Assembly (NCBI GenBank): GCA_041661685.1
Contig: JBAZTY010000001.1
Span: 128,691 to 192,690, forward strand
From: Patescibacteria group bacterium
GTDB taxonomy: Bacteria > Patescibacteriota > Patescibacteriia > Patescibacteriales > UBA12465
Length of the DNA stretch: 64,000 nt
Direction of reading: 5' to 3'
How positions within the stretch are numbered: the stretch's first letter is position 1; every line of letters starts with the position of its first letter. The position numbers were made by a program, and so were the translations under genes. The notes under the pieces are model-generated. The model was not told the DNA's origin and searched no databases. It was given only the letters and a program-made list of their open reading frames with translations. This document shows, piece after piece, positions 33,892 to 45,093 of this stretch.

Positions 33892-34966
33892 GAAAAAAAA
33901 GATATTAGTCGCTATGTCCGGCGGAGTTGATTCTAGTGTGGCGGCTCAGCTTCTGAAGAACCAGGGATATGAGGTCGCTGGCGTCTTTTTGCATTTTTGG
34001 AAAGATGAGACGATGGGGCCGGGAGCCGAGAACCGCTGCTGCTCATTAGAATCCCTTTTAGACGCTAAGGCGGTCGCGAATAAAATCGGTATTCCGCTGT
34101 ATACTTTTAATTTTTCCGAGCCTTTTAAAAAGGCGGTTGTGGATAATTTTTTAAGCGAATATAATGCCGGCCGGACGCCGAATCCTTGCGTCGTCTGCAA
34201 TAAGCGAATCAAACTCGGTTTATTATTGAAGCACGCTCGGGCCCTCGGCTTCGATTATGTCGCCTCGGGACATTATTTGAATATCAAGAAAGTCGGTCGC
34301 GCATATCAGCTTTTCAAGGCCAAAGATAAAAACAAGGATCAATCTTATTTCTTATATACGTTCACGCCCGACGAACTGGCGCATCTAATGTTTCCGCTAG
34401 GAAATTATACTAAGCCGCAAGTCCGGAAATTAGCGGCTAAATTCAAGCTGGCCGTCGCGGCTAAGCCGGAAAGCCAAGATATCTGCTTCTTGTCAGGCAG
34501 CCATAATAATTTTTTGAAGAAATATCTGAAGTTAATTCCGGGAGATATCAGGATATTGGGCACGAATGAGAAAATCGGCGAGCATCAGGGTTTGCCGCTA
34601 TATACTATTGGTCAGCGCCGCGGACTTGTTGGCGGCACTGGGCCATATTACGCGGCTAAATTTGATTATAAGAAGAATATTCTTTATGTTGTAAAAAACT
34701 GGAATGAGAATATTTTATATGAGAAGGGATTGATAGCTAAGAAAGTCAATTGGCTTTCCGGCCGCACGCCGAAGAGAGCTTTCAAAGGCAGCGCGGTTAT
34801 CCGTTACGGTCATCCGGCCGTGCCTTGTATGGTCTCGCCTAAGAATAAGACAGATTATTTGGTGACTTTCGTTAAGCCGCAGCGCGCCGTGACCCCGGGA
34901 CAGAGCGTGGTTTTTTATGATAAGAGGCGCGTTTTAGGCGGGGGAATCATCTCTGCTTTGAAGTAA
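33878..34966 (+). CDS. mnmA: tRNA 2-thiouridine(34) synthase MnmA
   Basis: ILVAMSGGVDSSVAA PP-loop, NPCVVCNKRIK, DQSYFLY, PESQDICF. Confidence 0.9.
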   Translation: MKIDKKKKILVAMSGGVDSSVAAQLLKNQGYEVAGVFLHFWKDETMGPGAENRCCSLESLLDAKAVANKIGIPLYTFNFSEPFKKAVVDNFLSEYNAGRTPNPCVVCNKRIKLGLLLKHARALGFDYVASGHYLNIKKVGRAYQLFKAKDKNKDQSYFLYTFTPDELAHLMFPLGNYTKPQVRKLAAKFKLAVAAKPESQDICFLSGSHNNFLKKYLKLIPGDIRILGTNEKIGEHQGLPLYTIGQRRGLVGGTGPYYAAKFDYKKNILYVVKNWNENILYEKGLIAKKVNWLSGRTPKRAFKGSAVIRYGHPAVPCMVSPKNKTDYLVTFVKPQRAVTPGQSVVFYDKRRVLGGGIISALK

Positions 34967-34986
34967 TCTAGATTATTTATTTTTTG

Positions 34987-34995
34987 TGCTATAAT
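34987..34995 (+). promoter_or_regulatory. Extended -10 promoter element TGcTATAAT
   Basis: tgctataat lies 34 nt upstream of the 35029 start. Confidence 0.45.
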
Positions 34996-35028
34996 GATGG
35001 GCGTAATAAAAATTAATTTTTTATCATT

Positions 35029-35382
35029 ATGGCTCAAGCTCTCCCCGATGTCTTCAAGCGCATCCAAGACAAGAAGAAAGAACAGCGCGAATTAAAAACC
35101 ATGTATCGCGACGCCCTCTCGGTTAATGGCGATTACCAGCAGACCTTAGAAGAATTGAATGTTTTGAAATTAAAGAAGAAGAAGATTGAAGCAGCGGTCG
35201 CTTCTGACTTCAAGGAAGAGTTTGATAAATTAGAAGGACTAAAGTTAAATATTGCCGGAGATAACCAGCTGCTTAGTGATTTAGCTATCGGTCAGTTGAC
35301 GAGCGGGGAACCGATCAAGATCGTTGATGAGAATAAGGTAGAATACGAGCCGGTATTTACGGTCAGATTTAAGAAGATATAA
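35029..35382 (+). CDS. Hypothetical coiled-coil protein (117 aa)
   Basis: ORF with its own promoter-like element and terminator. No recognisable motif. Confidence 0.5.
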   Translation: MAQALPDVFKRIQDKKKEQRELKTMYRDALSVNGDYQQTLEELNVLKLKKKKIEAAVASDFKEEFDKLEGLKLNIAGDNQLLSDLAIGQLTSGEPIKIVDENKVEYEPVFTVRFKKI

Positions 35383-35416
35383 AAATAACCTATTTGTCGC
35401 TCAGAATTTTTTCTGT

Positions 35417-35446
35417 GAAAAATCAACCCTGACAGGTTGATTTTTT
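35417..35446 (+). terminator. Intrinsic terminator
   Basis: aaaaatcaacc-ctgaca-ggttgatttttt. Confidence 0.85.
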
Positions 35447-35523
35447 GTTACGAAAAAATATTCGCTCTCAAATAGGTTATTTTTCTACAAAAAAGACGCC
35501 ATTAAGACATCTTTTTGTAAATG

Positions 35524-35607
35524 TGCCCAGGGCGGGAATCGAACCCGCATGGCCTCACGGCCGCACGATTTTGAGTCGTGTTCGTCTACCAGTTCCGACA
35601 CCTGGGC
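35524..35607 (-). tRNA. tRNA-Leu (anticodon CAA), long variable arm
   Basis: The minus strand reads GCCCAGGTGTCGGAACTGGTAGACGAACACGACTCAAAATCGTGCGGCCGTGAGGCCATGCGGGTTCGATTCCCGCCCTGGGCA. It folds as a cloverleaf with anticodon loop CT-CAA-AA. Confidence 0.9.
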
Positions 35608-35693
35608 TAAATTAACTGGCTTATTACGATTTTCAGTATAATAAATAAAATATTAATTGTCAAAAGAGATTCTTTATTATATAATACCCTCAT

Positions 35694-36458
<765 letters not shown>

Positions 36459-36461
36459 TAT

Positions 36462-37346
36462 ATGCCTCAAGGTTTAGGCCGAGGACTCGGCTCTCTAATT
36501 CCGAAGAAAACCGTTACTTACGGACAAAATCCTTTCAAGGCGGAAATCTCGGAAGAGGAGACTGTCGTTCTTAATGATGGAGATAGAATTCTGAGGATCA
36601 GTCCTGATAGGATAGTCATTAATCCGCAACAGCCGCGCACGCATTTTTCTGAGAGCGCTCTGAATGATTTAGCGGAATCGATCAAGCAGCACGGTATTAT
36701 CCAGCCCCTCGTCGTCACGAAGAAAGGCGATAATTATGAACTCATTGCCGGCGAACGCCGCTGGCGCAGCGCCAAGATGATCGGACTCAAGGAAGTGCCC
36801 GTGATAGTGCGCGAAGAGAAGGAACAGAAAAAACTAGAGATAGCTTTGATAGAAAATCTCCAGCGCGAGAATCTTAATCCACTAGAAACCGCCCGCGCCT
36901 ATAAGCGCCTGATTGATGAATTCAATATTACCCAGGAAGAGGCGGCCAAGAAAGTCGGCAAGGCGCGTTCTAGTGTCGCTAACGCCTTGAGACTCTTAAC
37001 TTTACCTTTAGCCGTTCAAGAAGCTTTGGCAAGCGGCAAGATCACTGAGGCGCATGCTAAGTATCTTATGGGTTTAGAAAATGAAGCCAAGCAGCTGACT
37101 ATGTTGAAAAAGATAATCCGCCAGAATCTGACGGTCGCGGAAACCGATAAGGAGATCAAGCGCTTGACTAGCCCTAAAGAAGCGCAGCAAAAAGATTATT
37201 TCGACCGGGCGCAAGAGAATGAATTAGGCGAATTCCTCGGGACTAAAGTAGAATTGAAGCGTCAGGGCAGAGGCGGAAAAATCATGATTGATTTCTATAG
37301 CGAGGAAGAATTGATAAATATCCTGAAGAAGATAAATAAGCAATAG
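36462..37346 (+). CDS. parB: Chromosome partitioning protein ParB/Spo0J
   Basis: [51 protein letters not shown]. Confidence 0.9.
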   Translation: MPQGLGRGLGSLIPKKTVTYGQNPFKAEISEEETVVLNDGDRILRISPDRIVINPQQPRTHFSESALNDLAESIKQHGIIQPLVVTKKGDNYELIAGERRWRSAKMIGLKEVPVIVREEKEQKKLEIALIENLQRENLNPLETARAYKRLIDEFNITQEEAAKKVGKARSSVANALRLLTLPLAVQEALASGKITEAHAKYLMGLENEAKQLTMLKKIIRQNLTVAETDKEIKRLTSPKEAQQKDYFDRAQENELGEFLGTKVELKRQGRGGKIMIDFYSEEELINILKKINKQ

Positions 37347-37374
37347 AAAGATGATTTTAATATGATTTTAATCA

Positions 37375-37405
37375 TAAAAAAGAGCTGGCAAGTCCAGCTC
37401 TTTTT
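37375..37405 (+). terminator. Intrinsic terminator after parB
   Basis: aaaaaagagctgg-caagt-ccagctcttttt. Confidence 0.85.
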
Positions 37406-37488
37406 GTCAAGTTGTCAGTCTGGGTTTCTTATACTAAAATGAGGGTAGAAAATAATAACGAGAATCTTAATTTTTCTTAAAATATTTC

Positions 37489-40400
37489 ATGTCTTTTGTC
37501 CACCTCCACAACCATAGCCATTACTCCTTGCTCGACGGCCTGACTAAGCTCGACGAGATGGTTAATTTTGCCAAAGAACAGGGGTCTCCGGCGGTCGCGA
37601 TCACTGATCATGGAACCATGTATGGCGTCATTGAGTTTTACCAGAAGGCCAAGAAGGCTGGAATCAAGCCGATTCTGGGCGTTGAGACCTATTTAGCGCC
37701 TCATTCTCGCTTTGATAAGAATACGCGCGAGGATGGCCGCGGCTACCACCTGCTCTTATTGGCTAAGAATCTGACCGGCTATAAAAATCTGATTAAACTC
37801 GTTTCCCATGCCCATATCGAAGGTTTCTATTATAAGCCGAGAATCGACTGGGAAATATTAGAAAAGCATCATGAAGGGCTGATCGCTTCGACAGCCTGCT
37901 TAGCCGGTGAGATTCCGCGCTTGATTGCCGCCGATAAGCTGGAAGAAGCGAAAAAGAGGATATTAGAATATAATAACTTGTTCGGCCAGGGTAATTTTTA
38001 TTTGGAAATAATGGATCATCCGGAACTAGGAGAAGATCTGAGTAAAGTCAATAAAGCTTTAATAAAATTTTCTCGAGAGCTAAATATTCCTTTAGTTGCG
38101 ACGAACGACGTCCATTATTTTAAGAAAGAAGACGCGGAAGCTCAGGATATATTATTGTGCTTGCAGAATAAGAAAAAGAAGAGTGATACCGATCGCATGA
38201 CTATGATTGGCCATGGCGATTATTCGATGCGCCCGAACGCAGAAATGATTGCCGCTTTCAAAGACACTCCGGACGCAATTGAGAATACTTTGAAGATTGC
38301 GGAGATGTGTAATGTCGAGATTGAGCTCGGTAATATCCAGCTGCCGCATTTTGAAGTGCCTCAAGGTTATGACGGTTCATCTTATCTGAAAGAATGGTGC
38401 GAACAGGGAATTATCAAGCGTTTCCCGGAAGCGAACGGGGAAGAGATGAAAAAGATTAAGGAGCGTTTGGATTATGAATTATCAGTGATTGCGAAGATGG
38501 GCTGGCCGTCTTACTTCTTAATTGTCGCTGATTTTATAAATTGGGCCAAGGATAATAAGATCGTTGTCGGTCCGGGCCGCGGCAGCGCCGCTGGCTCTTT
38601 GGTTTGCTATCTGACTGGGATCACTAATCTGGATCCGCTTAAGTATGACTTGCTCTTTGAACGTTTCTTGAATCCGGATCGTATTTCCATGCCTGATATC
38701 GATATGGACTTCGCCGATATCCGACGCGGCGAAGTGCTTAAATATGTAGAAGAAAAATACGGCCAAGACCATGTCGCTCAGATCATCACTTTCGGAACCA
38801 TGGCCGCGCGGGCGGCCGTGCGCGATGTCGGCCGCGTGCTGGATGAGCCTTATGAATATTGCGACAAGATTTCCAAGAGCATTCCGATGATGATGAAGTT
38901 GGGTGAAGCGCTCAAGACCGTCCCGGAATTAAAAGAGATGTATAATACGGAACCGGCCGCTAAGAAAATTCTCGACTACGCGAAGCGCTTGGAAGGCGTC
39001 GCGCGCCATTCCTCGACTCATGCTTGCGGCGTACTCATCACCAAGGATCCGCTGACTGATAACGTACCGATACAATACGCTTCCTCGGCTGATAAGAGCG
39101 TCATCTCGCAGTATTCTCTCCATCCGGTCGAAGACCTGGGTTTATTGAAAATGGATTTCCTAGGTTTAAAAAACTTGACCATCATTGAATCGGCTTTGAA
39201 AATCATCAAGAATACTCGCGGGCTAGAATTGGATATTGATAAGATTCCGTTAGATGACGCCAAGGCCTATAAATTATTTCAAGACGGAGAAACGACGGGC
39301 GTGTTCCAATTCGAATCTTCCGGCATGAAGCGCTATCTGCGCGAATTAAAACCGACAGTCTTTGAAGATATCATTGCTATGGTCGCCCTGTATCGCCCGG
39401 GACCGATGGAATGGATTCCGGATTATATCGCCGGCAAGCATAAGACCAAGAAAGTTATTTACTTGCATCCGAAATTAGCGCCTATTCTTGAGAAAACTTA
39501 TGGCGTCGCGATTTATCAGGAGCAAGTCATGCAGATTGCGAGAGATTTAGCCGGCTTTACTATGGGTCAGGCCGATGTCTTGCGCAAGGCTATGGGTAAG
39601 AAAATCGCCTCCTTATTAGCCGAGCAGAAAGAGAAGTTTATTGAAGGCTGCGTCAAGAATGGCGTCTATAAGGAATTAGGCGAAAAAGTTTTTTCTTTCA
39701 TCGAACCTTTTGCCGGTTATGGCTTTAATCGCAGCCATGCCGCCTGCTATGCCCTCATCGGCTATCAGACCGCTTATCTTAAGGCGCATTGGCCGGTGGA
39801 ATTCATGGCGGCGCTGTTAACTTCTGATTACGGCGATACCGACCGCGTCGCTATCGAAATCGAGGAATGCCGCAACATGGGCATTAAGATTATGGCGCCG
39901 GATATCAATGAGTCATTTGGAACTTTTACCGTCGTCACCTCAGGCACTAAGGAAAATCGCGCCGTGACTGCTGATGATAAAAGTATTAATACCATCCGTT
40001 TCGGTTTGAAAGCGATTAAGAATGTCGGCGAACATATTGTTGAAGAATTGATTAGAGAGAGAAAAGAGAATGGGCCGTATCAAGATGTTTTTGATATTTT
40101 AGAGAGAGTGACTGACAAGGATTTAAATAAGAAATCCCTGGAAAGTCTAATCAAGAGCGGCGCTCTGGATAATTTTGGTGAACGCGGACAGTTGCTGGCG
40201 AATATTGAAAGGATGCTGAGTTTTAATAAAGAATTAGCGAAGAACAAGGATAACAAGCAGACTAGCCTATTCGCGGAAATGCCGACTTCCAATTTAACTC
40301 ATATTACTCTTCATCCGGCGGCTCCGGCTGAACAGAATGAAAAACTGATCTGGGAAAAAGAACTCTTAGGCTTATATGTCAGCGAACATCCTTTCAATGC

Positions 40401-41085
40401 TTTCCGACCGTATTTAGTCAATTATATCATTCCCTTGGTCTCTCTCGGCGGCCATAAGAGCGACGACCGGGTAATTGTGGCCGGCATCATTTCTACCATT
40501 AAAAAGATCATCACTCGCAAAGGCGAGTCCATGCTCTTCGTAAAATTAGAAGACGCGACTAATTCGGTAGAGCTCTTAATATTTCCTCGCCTCTTGAAAG
40601 AGACGGCTTCTTTATGGGTCAGCGGGCAGGCAATCATCACCGACAGCAAAGTATCTGAGAAAGACCAAGAAGCTAAGGTGCTGGTTAATCGAGCCATGCC
40701 GCTTGACCCGCTCGCGCCGCAAGCCTCTATCGATGCCTTCAAGAAATTAATGATGGATAACCCGCCGAAGCCGAGTTATCGCGGAAAAGATGGAGGAGCT
40801 TCATTTCCGAAGAAATCAGCTGTTTCGTCGGCTGCTAAATCGTCGGCTAGCCAAGCCCCGGTTAAGCCCTTGCGCCTGATTTTCCTGCAAGAGCTGAAGG
40901 CCACCAATCTCGAGGATTTGCGCCGCCTCTTCGCCTCTTATCCGGGAGGAGATGAAGTTTATTTTCGGGTTACTGAAGCGGATAAGCCGAAGATAATCAA
41001 AACCGCTTTTAAAGTCGATAATAATAGCCAGCTTAACAACGAATTAAAAGAGCGTTTTCAAGAAATGCTCAAGATAGCTGAATAA
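37489..41085 (+). CDS. dnaE: DNA polymerase III alpha subunit
   Basis: 1198 aa. PHP domain start FVHLHNHSHYSLLDG, plus GRGSAAGSLVCY, PDIDMDF, HACGVLI, GLLKMDFLGL. Confidence 0.95.
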   Translation: MSFVHLHNHSHYSLLDGLTKLDEMVNFAKEQGSPAVAITDHGTMYGVIEFYQKAKKAGIKPILGVETYLAPHSRFDKNTREDGRGYHLLLLAKNLTGYKNLIKLVSHAHIEGFYYKPRIDWEILEKHHEGLIASTACLAGEIPRLIAADKLEEAKKRILEYNNLFGQGNFYLEIMDHPELGEDLSKVNKALIKFSRELNIPLVATNDVHYFKKEDAEAQDILLCLQNKKKKSDTDRMTMIGHGDYSMRPNAEMIAAFKDTPDAIENTLKIAEMCNVEIELGNIQLPHFEVPQGYDGSSYLKEWCEQGIIKRFPEANGEEMKKIKERLDYELSVIAKMGWPSYFLIVADFINWAKDNKIVVGPGRGSAAGSLVCYLTGITNLDPLKYDLLFERFLNPDRISMPDIDMDFADIRRGEVLKYVEEKYGQDHVAQIITFGTMAARAAVRDVGRVLDEPYEYCDKISKSIPMMMKLGEALKTVPELKEMYNTEPAAKKILDYAKRLEGVARHSSTHACGVLITKDPLTDNVPIQYASSADKSVISQYSLHPVEDLGLLKMDFLGLKNLTIIESALKIIKNTRGLELDIDKIPLDDAKAYKLFQDGETTGVFQFESSGMKRYLRELKPTVFEDIIAMVALYRPGPMEWIPDYIAGKHKTKKVIYLHPKLAPILEKTYGVAIYQEQVMQIARDLAGFTMGQADVLRKAMGKKIASLLAEQKEKFIEGCVKNGVYKELGEKVFSFIEPFAGYGFNRSHAACYALIGYQTAYLKAHWPVEFMAALLTSDYGDTDRVAIEIEECRNMGIKIMAPDINESFGTFTVVTSGTKENRAVTADDKSINTIRFGLKAIKNVGEHIVEELIRERKENGPYQDVFDILERVTDKDLNKKSLESLIKSGALDNFGERGQLLANIERMLSFNKELAKNKDNKQTSLFAEMPTSNLTHITLHPAAPAEQNEKLIWEKELLGLYVSEHPFNAFRPYLVNYIIPLVSLGGHKSDDRVIVAGIISTIKKIITRKGESMLFVKLEDATNSVELLIFPRLLKETASLWVSGQAIITDSKVSEKDQEAKVLVNRAMPLDPLAPQASIDAFKKLMMDNPPKPSYRGKDGGASFPKKSAVSSAAKSSASQAPVKPLRLIFLQELKATNLEDLRRLFASYPGGDEVYFRVTEADKPKIIKTAFKVDNNSQLNNELKERFQEMLKIAE

Positions 41086-41089
41086 TCAT

Positions 41090-41500
41090 ATGAAAATCGT
41101 TATCTGCGGCAGCATGATCTTCTCTAAGGAGATGATGGAAATAAAGTCAGGGCTGGAAAAGCTCGGGCATATCGTCATTCTCCCGCGCAACGCCGAACGT
41201 TATGCTAAGTCCCAGCTCGCACTTGAGACTAAAGCCGAAACGGTTAAAAATAAGATTAAGTATGACCTGATTAGAGCTTACTATCAGGAGATTGAAGCGT
41301 CTGACGGCGTACTCATTCTTAATTATGACAAGGGTGGCATTGATAATTATGTCGGCGGCAACTCCTTTTTAGAAGCTGGTTTTGCTCATATCTTGAATAA
41401 GAAGGTTTATTTCTTGTATGATATTCCGAAAATGCTCTATAGCGACGAGCTTAAAGCGCTGCAGCCGATAATCATCGACGGCGACTTGACGAAGATTTGA
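41090..41500 (+). CDS. Small Rossmann-like protein, possibly of the nucleoside 2-deoxyribosyltransferase-like superfamily
   Basis: MKIVICGSM start and GGNSFLEAGFAHILNKKVYFL resemble the NDT/DNPH1-type pattern. Weak, motif-level only. Starts 4 nt after the dnaE stop. Confidence 0.35.
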   Translation: MKIVICGSMIFSKEMMEIKSGLEKLGHIVILPRNAERYAKSQLALETKAETVKNKIKYDLIRAYYQEIEASDGVLILNYDKGGIDNYVGGNSFLEAGFAHILNKKVYFLYDIPKMLYSDELKALQPIIIDGDLTKI

Positions 41501-41529
41501 AAGATATAATTGTCGGCATTCTGATTTTC

Positions 41530-41538
41530 TGTTATAAT
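41530..41538 (+). promoter_or_regulatory. Extended -10 promoter element TGtTATAAT
   Basis: tgttataat lies 28 nt upstream of the 41566 start. Confidence 0.45.
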
Positions 41539-41565
41539 AGAGTTAATCAAAATTAAATTTGTTTT

Positions 41566-43062
41566 TTGTTTATGCCTAGAACTAAATCTTCCGTTTCCGC
41601 TGCCGCAGCCAAGAAGCCGCACGCTGAAAAGAAAACGGTCGCTAAAACTATTCATCCCAAGAAAAGGACTAAATCTATTTTGGTTGATGTTATTGAGGAT
41701 GAACCGATGATGGCGGCGAAATGGCCGGAGTATCAGGAGGAAAAGATTGAGATGCCGGAAAAAGAATCAAGACGCGAAAATTCTAAAAGCGAGGATGACG
41801 GAAGAGAGGAGATAGATAATCAGAAGAAATATTTTTCAGGCTTAGCCGAAAAACTTAAGGACTCTGATGACTCTAAAGAATATCCGATCAAGAAGGGCGG
41901 ATCCGGGAGAAAGAGAAGCGTCGGTTTGTATCGCCGTTTAGTAATAAAATTTATAATCCTAGTAGCTGTTTTAGCTGCGGTAGTTTTTTATTTTTCTTTT
42001 TCTAAATTGACGATCTCGCTTAATCTCAAGGGCGAGAATATTAGCGACACCTTGCTGTTGAAGATTGCGGATGCGAGCTTAGCCAAAGCGGCCTCCAGCT
42101 CGGCTTTTGCCATGCTTAACGATCCGCGCGAAGAGGTCGGCGGCGTTATCAAGGAGGTAAACGCTGACGTCACTAAGACTTATCCGGCAACGGGCGAAAC
42201 TTATCTAGGCGAAGCGATTATCGGACAGGTCCGGCTGATAAATAATTCTCCTAAGAATCAAGCGCTAGTCGCGACGACTCGATTACTGAGCGCGGATAAT
42301 AAATTATTTAGGATTAAAAATGCGGTCAATATTCCGGCCGGCGGGGAAGCTGCCGCCGAAATTTATGCTGATAAGCCGTCATCTGATTTGGCGATAGAGC
42401 CGACAACTTTTACTATTCCCGGGCTCTGGCTCGGCTTGCAGGATAAGATTTTTGCTAAGAGCGACGCCGCTTTCACTTTTTCCAAGCAAGTCAAGAAATA
42501 TATCACTGCTAGCGATCTTGAGGCGGCTTCTAAGGATATCAATGAAGCTTTAACGGCCGCGGCTAAGAAACAAGCCGAAGCAAATGGGGCGGGCGGCGAT
42601 TGGCTTTATCTGGCGAGCGGCCCGGCTGTGGTCAATATCGATGCTAAGGTCGGAGACAAGAAGGATGAATTCACGGCTAAAGCGAGCGGCAAGATTATCG
42701 CGGTTTCTTTCTCGAAAGAACAAGCGGCGAAATTAGCGGCGGCTAAATTCAACCTAATTATTCCTGATGATAAAGAGTTGAGCGATTTTAAGCCGGAAAA
42801 TATCGCCTATACTTTTGATAATTATGATCCGACGTCAGGAACGGCGACTATCAAGACCTCTTTTAACGGTACGATGATACTGAAGAGCGATTCCGAAGTT
42901 ATTGATCCGTCTCAATTAGTTAACCTTACTGCCGATCAGATCGGGACCTATCTGAGAAGCCAGAACGAGGTTAAGGATTATGAATTGAAGTTCTCCCCGT
43001 CTTTCATTAAGAAAGCTCCGAGTTTGGTCGACAGGATTAAGGTGGAAGTGAAGACGGAATAA
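41566..43062 (+). CDS. Hypothetical membrane-anchored protein (498 aa) with a charged disordered N-terminus
   Basis: K/E-rich N-terminal ~120 aa, one TM helix (FIILVAVLAAVVFYFSF), then a large exterior domain. No recognised motif. Confidence 0.5.
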   Translation: MFMPRTKSSVSAAAAKKPHAEKKTVAKTIHPKKRTKSILVDVIEDEPMMAAKWPEYQEEKIEMPEKESRRENSKSEDDGREEIDNQKKYFSGLAEKLKDSDDSKEYPIKKGGSGRKRSVGLYRRLVIKFIILVAVLAAVVFYFSFSKLTISLNLKGENISDTLLLKIADASLAKAASSSAFAMLNDPREEVGGVIKEVNADVTKTYPATGETYLGEAIIGQVRLINNSPKNQALVATTRLLSADNKLFRIKNAVNIPAGGEAAAEIYADKPSSDLAIEPTTFTIPGLWLGLQDKIFAKSDAAFTFSKQVKKYITASDLEAASKDINEALTAAAKKQAEANGAGGDWLYLASGPAVVNIDAKVGDKKDEFTAKASGKIIAVSFSKEQAAKLAAAKFNLIIPDDKELSDFKPENIAYTFDNYDPTSGTATIKTSFNGTMILKSDSEVIDPSQLVNLTADQIGTYLRSQNEVKDYELKFSPSFIKKAPSLVDRIKVEVKTE

Positions 43063-43083
43063 ATTAAACCCAAAAATTAAAAA

Positions 43084-43119
43084 TAAAAAAAGCGCCGATC
43101 ATTTCGGCGCTTTTTTTAT
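43084..43119. terminator. Bidirectional intrinsic terminator between convergent genes
   Basis: aaaaaaagcgccga-tcat-ttcggcgcttttttt. Confidence 0.85.
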
Positions 43120-43140
43120 TTGTAGTAATTAAGTGGCGAA

Positions 43141-44091
43141 TTAAAATAATCCCAGTAATCGTGATGAATGTTTTATTCTTAGATTGAGTTTAGTATTATA
43201 AATAGCCAGAGCTTCTTTAGCATTTTTACCATGGAAAATAATCGCGCCGAGAGCGGCATTAAGTCTAGTCGCTTCTTCTAACGGTCGCTGGTGCAGATTG
43301 CGGCCGATGGCCATGCCGGCCGCCTTAGAAATATTAATCTGCCCTTCTAGATGCTCCAAAATCTCTTTGACCGGGCGTTTATCACCGCCGACGCAGATGA
43401 CTTTAGTCCGTCCGGCCGCTTCCACAGCTTCCTGAAATTTGAGAGCTGTCGCCTTCTTATCTTTTAGATTATAAGGATATTTTATTTTCACGAAATCGGC
43501 ATCAAGTGCGGCCGCGACTCCGGCGCCGCCGGCGATAATATGGATATCTTCTTCCTTAATATCTTGGCCGCGCGGATAAACCCAGAGCACAGCTAATAAG
43601 CCGGCTTGGTGCGCTTCAAAGATCGCTTTGGCAGCAGCTCTGAGCATCTTGGCTTCGTAAATGCCGCCGAGATAAAGGGTATAGCCGATAGCGACGATAT
43701 TTAGGTCGCTTTGTTTTTTGAACTTAACAACATCTTCGACCTTCCACCAGACTTTGCTAGAATTCTTTTCACCTTCACCTATGTTCGTCTTGCCGTTAAG
43801 TTTGATGATATAGGGCAGGGAGCGATAGTCTTGGCCGTACCGGGAAATTAGGCCGGGATGAGCCGCTAGAACTCCGCCCTGAGAAGCAGCCGCTATTCTA
43901 AAGAGATGCTCCGGATTCTTATCTTCCGGAGATATGCCCGGGCCGTAGAAATCGTTATTCAGGTGTTCAACTTTCTGGTCGCCGGCAATAAGTAAGAGAT
44001 TGCCGCTGCCATTTGTCAGGCGGCGGAAATTTTTCAAATATGCGCTTTTTTTGCCGCCGGGAACGCTTAAAGGTATCTTGATAGATTTCAT
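43141..44091 (-). CDS. Class I fructose-bisphosphate aldolase, DhnA/FbaB (archaeal-type) family
   Basis: IAGDQKVEH, YIIKLNGKTN, LLAVLWVYPRG, DADFVKIKYP (Schiff-base Lys region) and GMAIGRNLHQRP parallel E. coli FbaB blocks. Confidence 0.7.
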   Translation of the reverse strand: MKSIKIPLSVPGGKKSAYLKNFRRLTNGSGNLLLIAGDQKVEHLNNDFYGPGISPEDKNPEHLFRIAAASQGGVLAAHPGLISRYGQDYRSLPYIIKLNGKTNIGEGEKNSSKVWWKVEDVVKFKKQSDLNIVAIGYTLYLGGIYEAKMLRAAAKAIFEAHQAGLLAVLWVYPRGQDIKEEDIHIIAGGAGVAAALDADFVKIKYPYNLKDKKATALKFQEAVEAAGRTKVICVGGDKRPVKEILEHLEGQINISKAAGMAIGRNLHQRPLEEATRLNAALGAIIFHGKNAKEALAIYNTKLNLRIKHSSRLLGLF

Positions 44092-44179
44092 AGCTAAAAT
44101 ATTTAAAAATTTATGATATTATGGTATGATTAAGGCGCTAAAGCGCTGACATTAAGCGTAAAACTATTATATCACAAAT

Positions 44180-45091
44180 ATGTCAAAAGAAGAAAATTTA
44201 AACGGCCAGAATAAGGACATTGATTTGAAAAGTTATAACGACGAGAGAGGCGTCAGCTTGAAACGCATGAATTTCGGTCTCTGGATTGCGGAGCATCGCC
44301 GCCGAATAATCAAGATAGTTATCATCGCCTTGATTCTGCTGTCAGCCTTCTTTTTCATTTATTCCTCTTATAGTTATATCGTTTATTTTATCGCTGGCGA
44401 TCCTAATTCCCAATTAATAAATAATAATCTTTCCTTCGCGTCGCGCCCGACGACGAGCGATCTGGAAACTTCGCCCTTACAGTTTTTTGATCTGGATGGC
44501 CACTCTGATCTGGCGATTCAAGTGTCTAACCCGAATGATAAATTCATGGCTAATTTCAGTTATTGTTTCAAGCAGGCTGATAAGGATATCGCCTGCGGCA
44601 AATCTTTTATTCTGCCGAGTGAGAAGAAGAGTATCTTGGCCCTGGCGCGAGATTTCAGCGGCAGCCGCAGCGAAATGTCGTTTGTTGTTTCTGACGTATT
44701 CTGGCGCCGCATTGATGCGCATCAGATTCCTAGCTGGGCTGATTTTTTTAGTCAGCATTTGGATTTTGCCATTTCGGACATGAATTTCGCCTCGGCGGCA
44801 CAGAGCGGCCTGTCAGACAAAGTCAATTTAAGCACCTTTAATTTTTCCATCAAGAACCAGACCGCTTATGGCTATTATGAGGCGCCTCTAAATATCTTCT
44901 TGTACAGCGGCTCGGAGCTCGTCGCGGTCAATCGCTACATTCTTCAGAATTTTTTGCCGGGCGAAACGCGTTCGGTAAATATCAGCTGGCCGGGGCGTTT
45001 CAATTCCGTTAATCGGACAGAAGTCATTCCGGATATCAACATCATGGATGATAGCGTCTATCTTAAGTACCAAGGCACAACCGCTAACTAG
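44180..45091 (+). CDS. Hypothetical membrane-anchored protein (303 aa)
   Basis: One TM helix (IIKIVIIALILLSAFFFIYSSYSYIVYFI). No recognised motif. Ends 2 nt before the SEDS gene. Confidence 0.5.
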   Translation: MSKEENLNGQNKDIDLKSYNDERGVSLKRMNFGLWIAEHRRRIIKIVIIALILLSAFFFIYSSYSYIVYFIAGDPNSQLINNNLSFASRPTTSDLETSPLQFFDLDGHSDLAIQVSNPNDKFMANFSYCFKQADKDIACGKSFILPSEKKSILALARDFSGSRSEMSFVVSDVFWRRIDAHQIPSWADFFSQHLDFAISDMNFASAAQSGLSDKVNLSTFNFSIKNQTAYGYYEAPLNIFLYSGSELVAVNRYILQNFLPGETRSVNISWPGRFNSVNRTEVIPDINIMDDSVYLKYQGTTAN

Positions 45092-45093
45092 TT

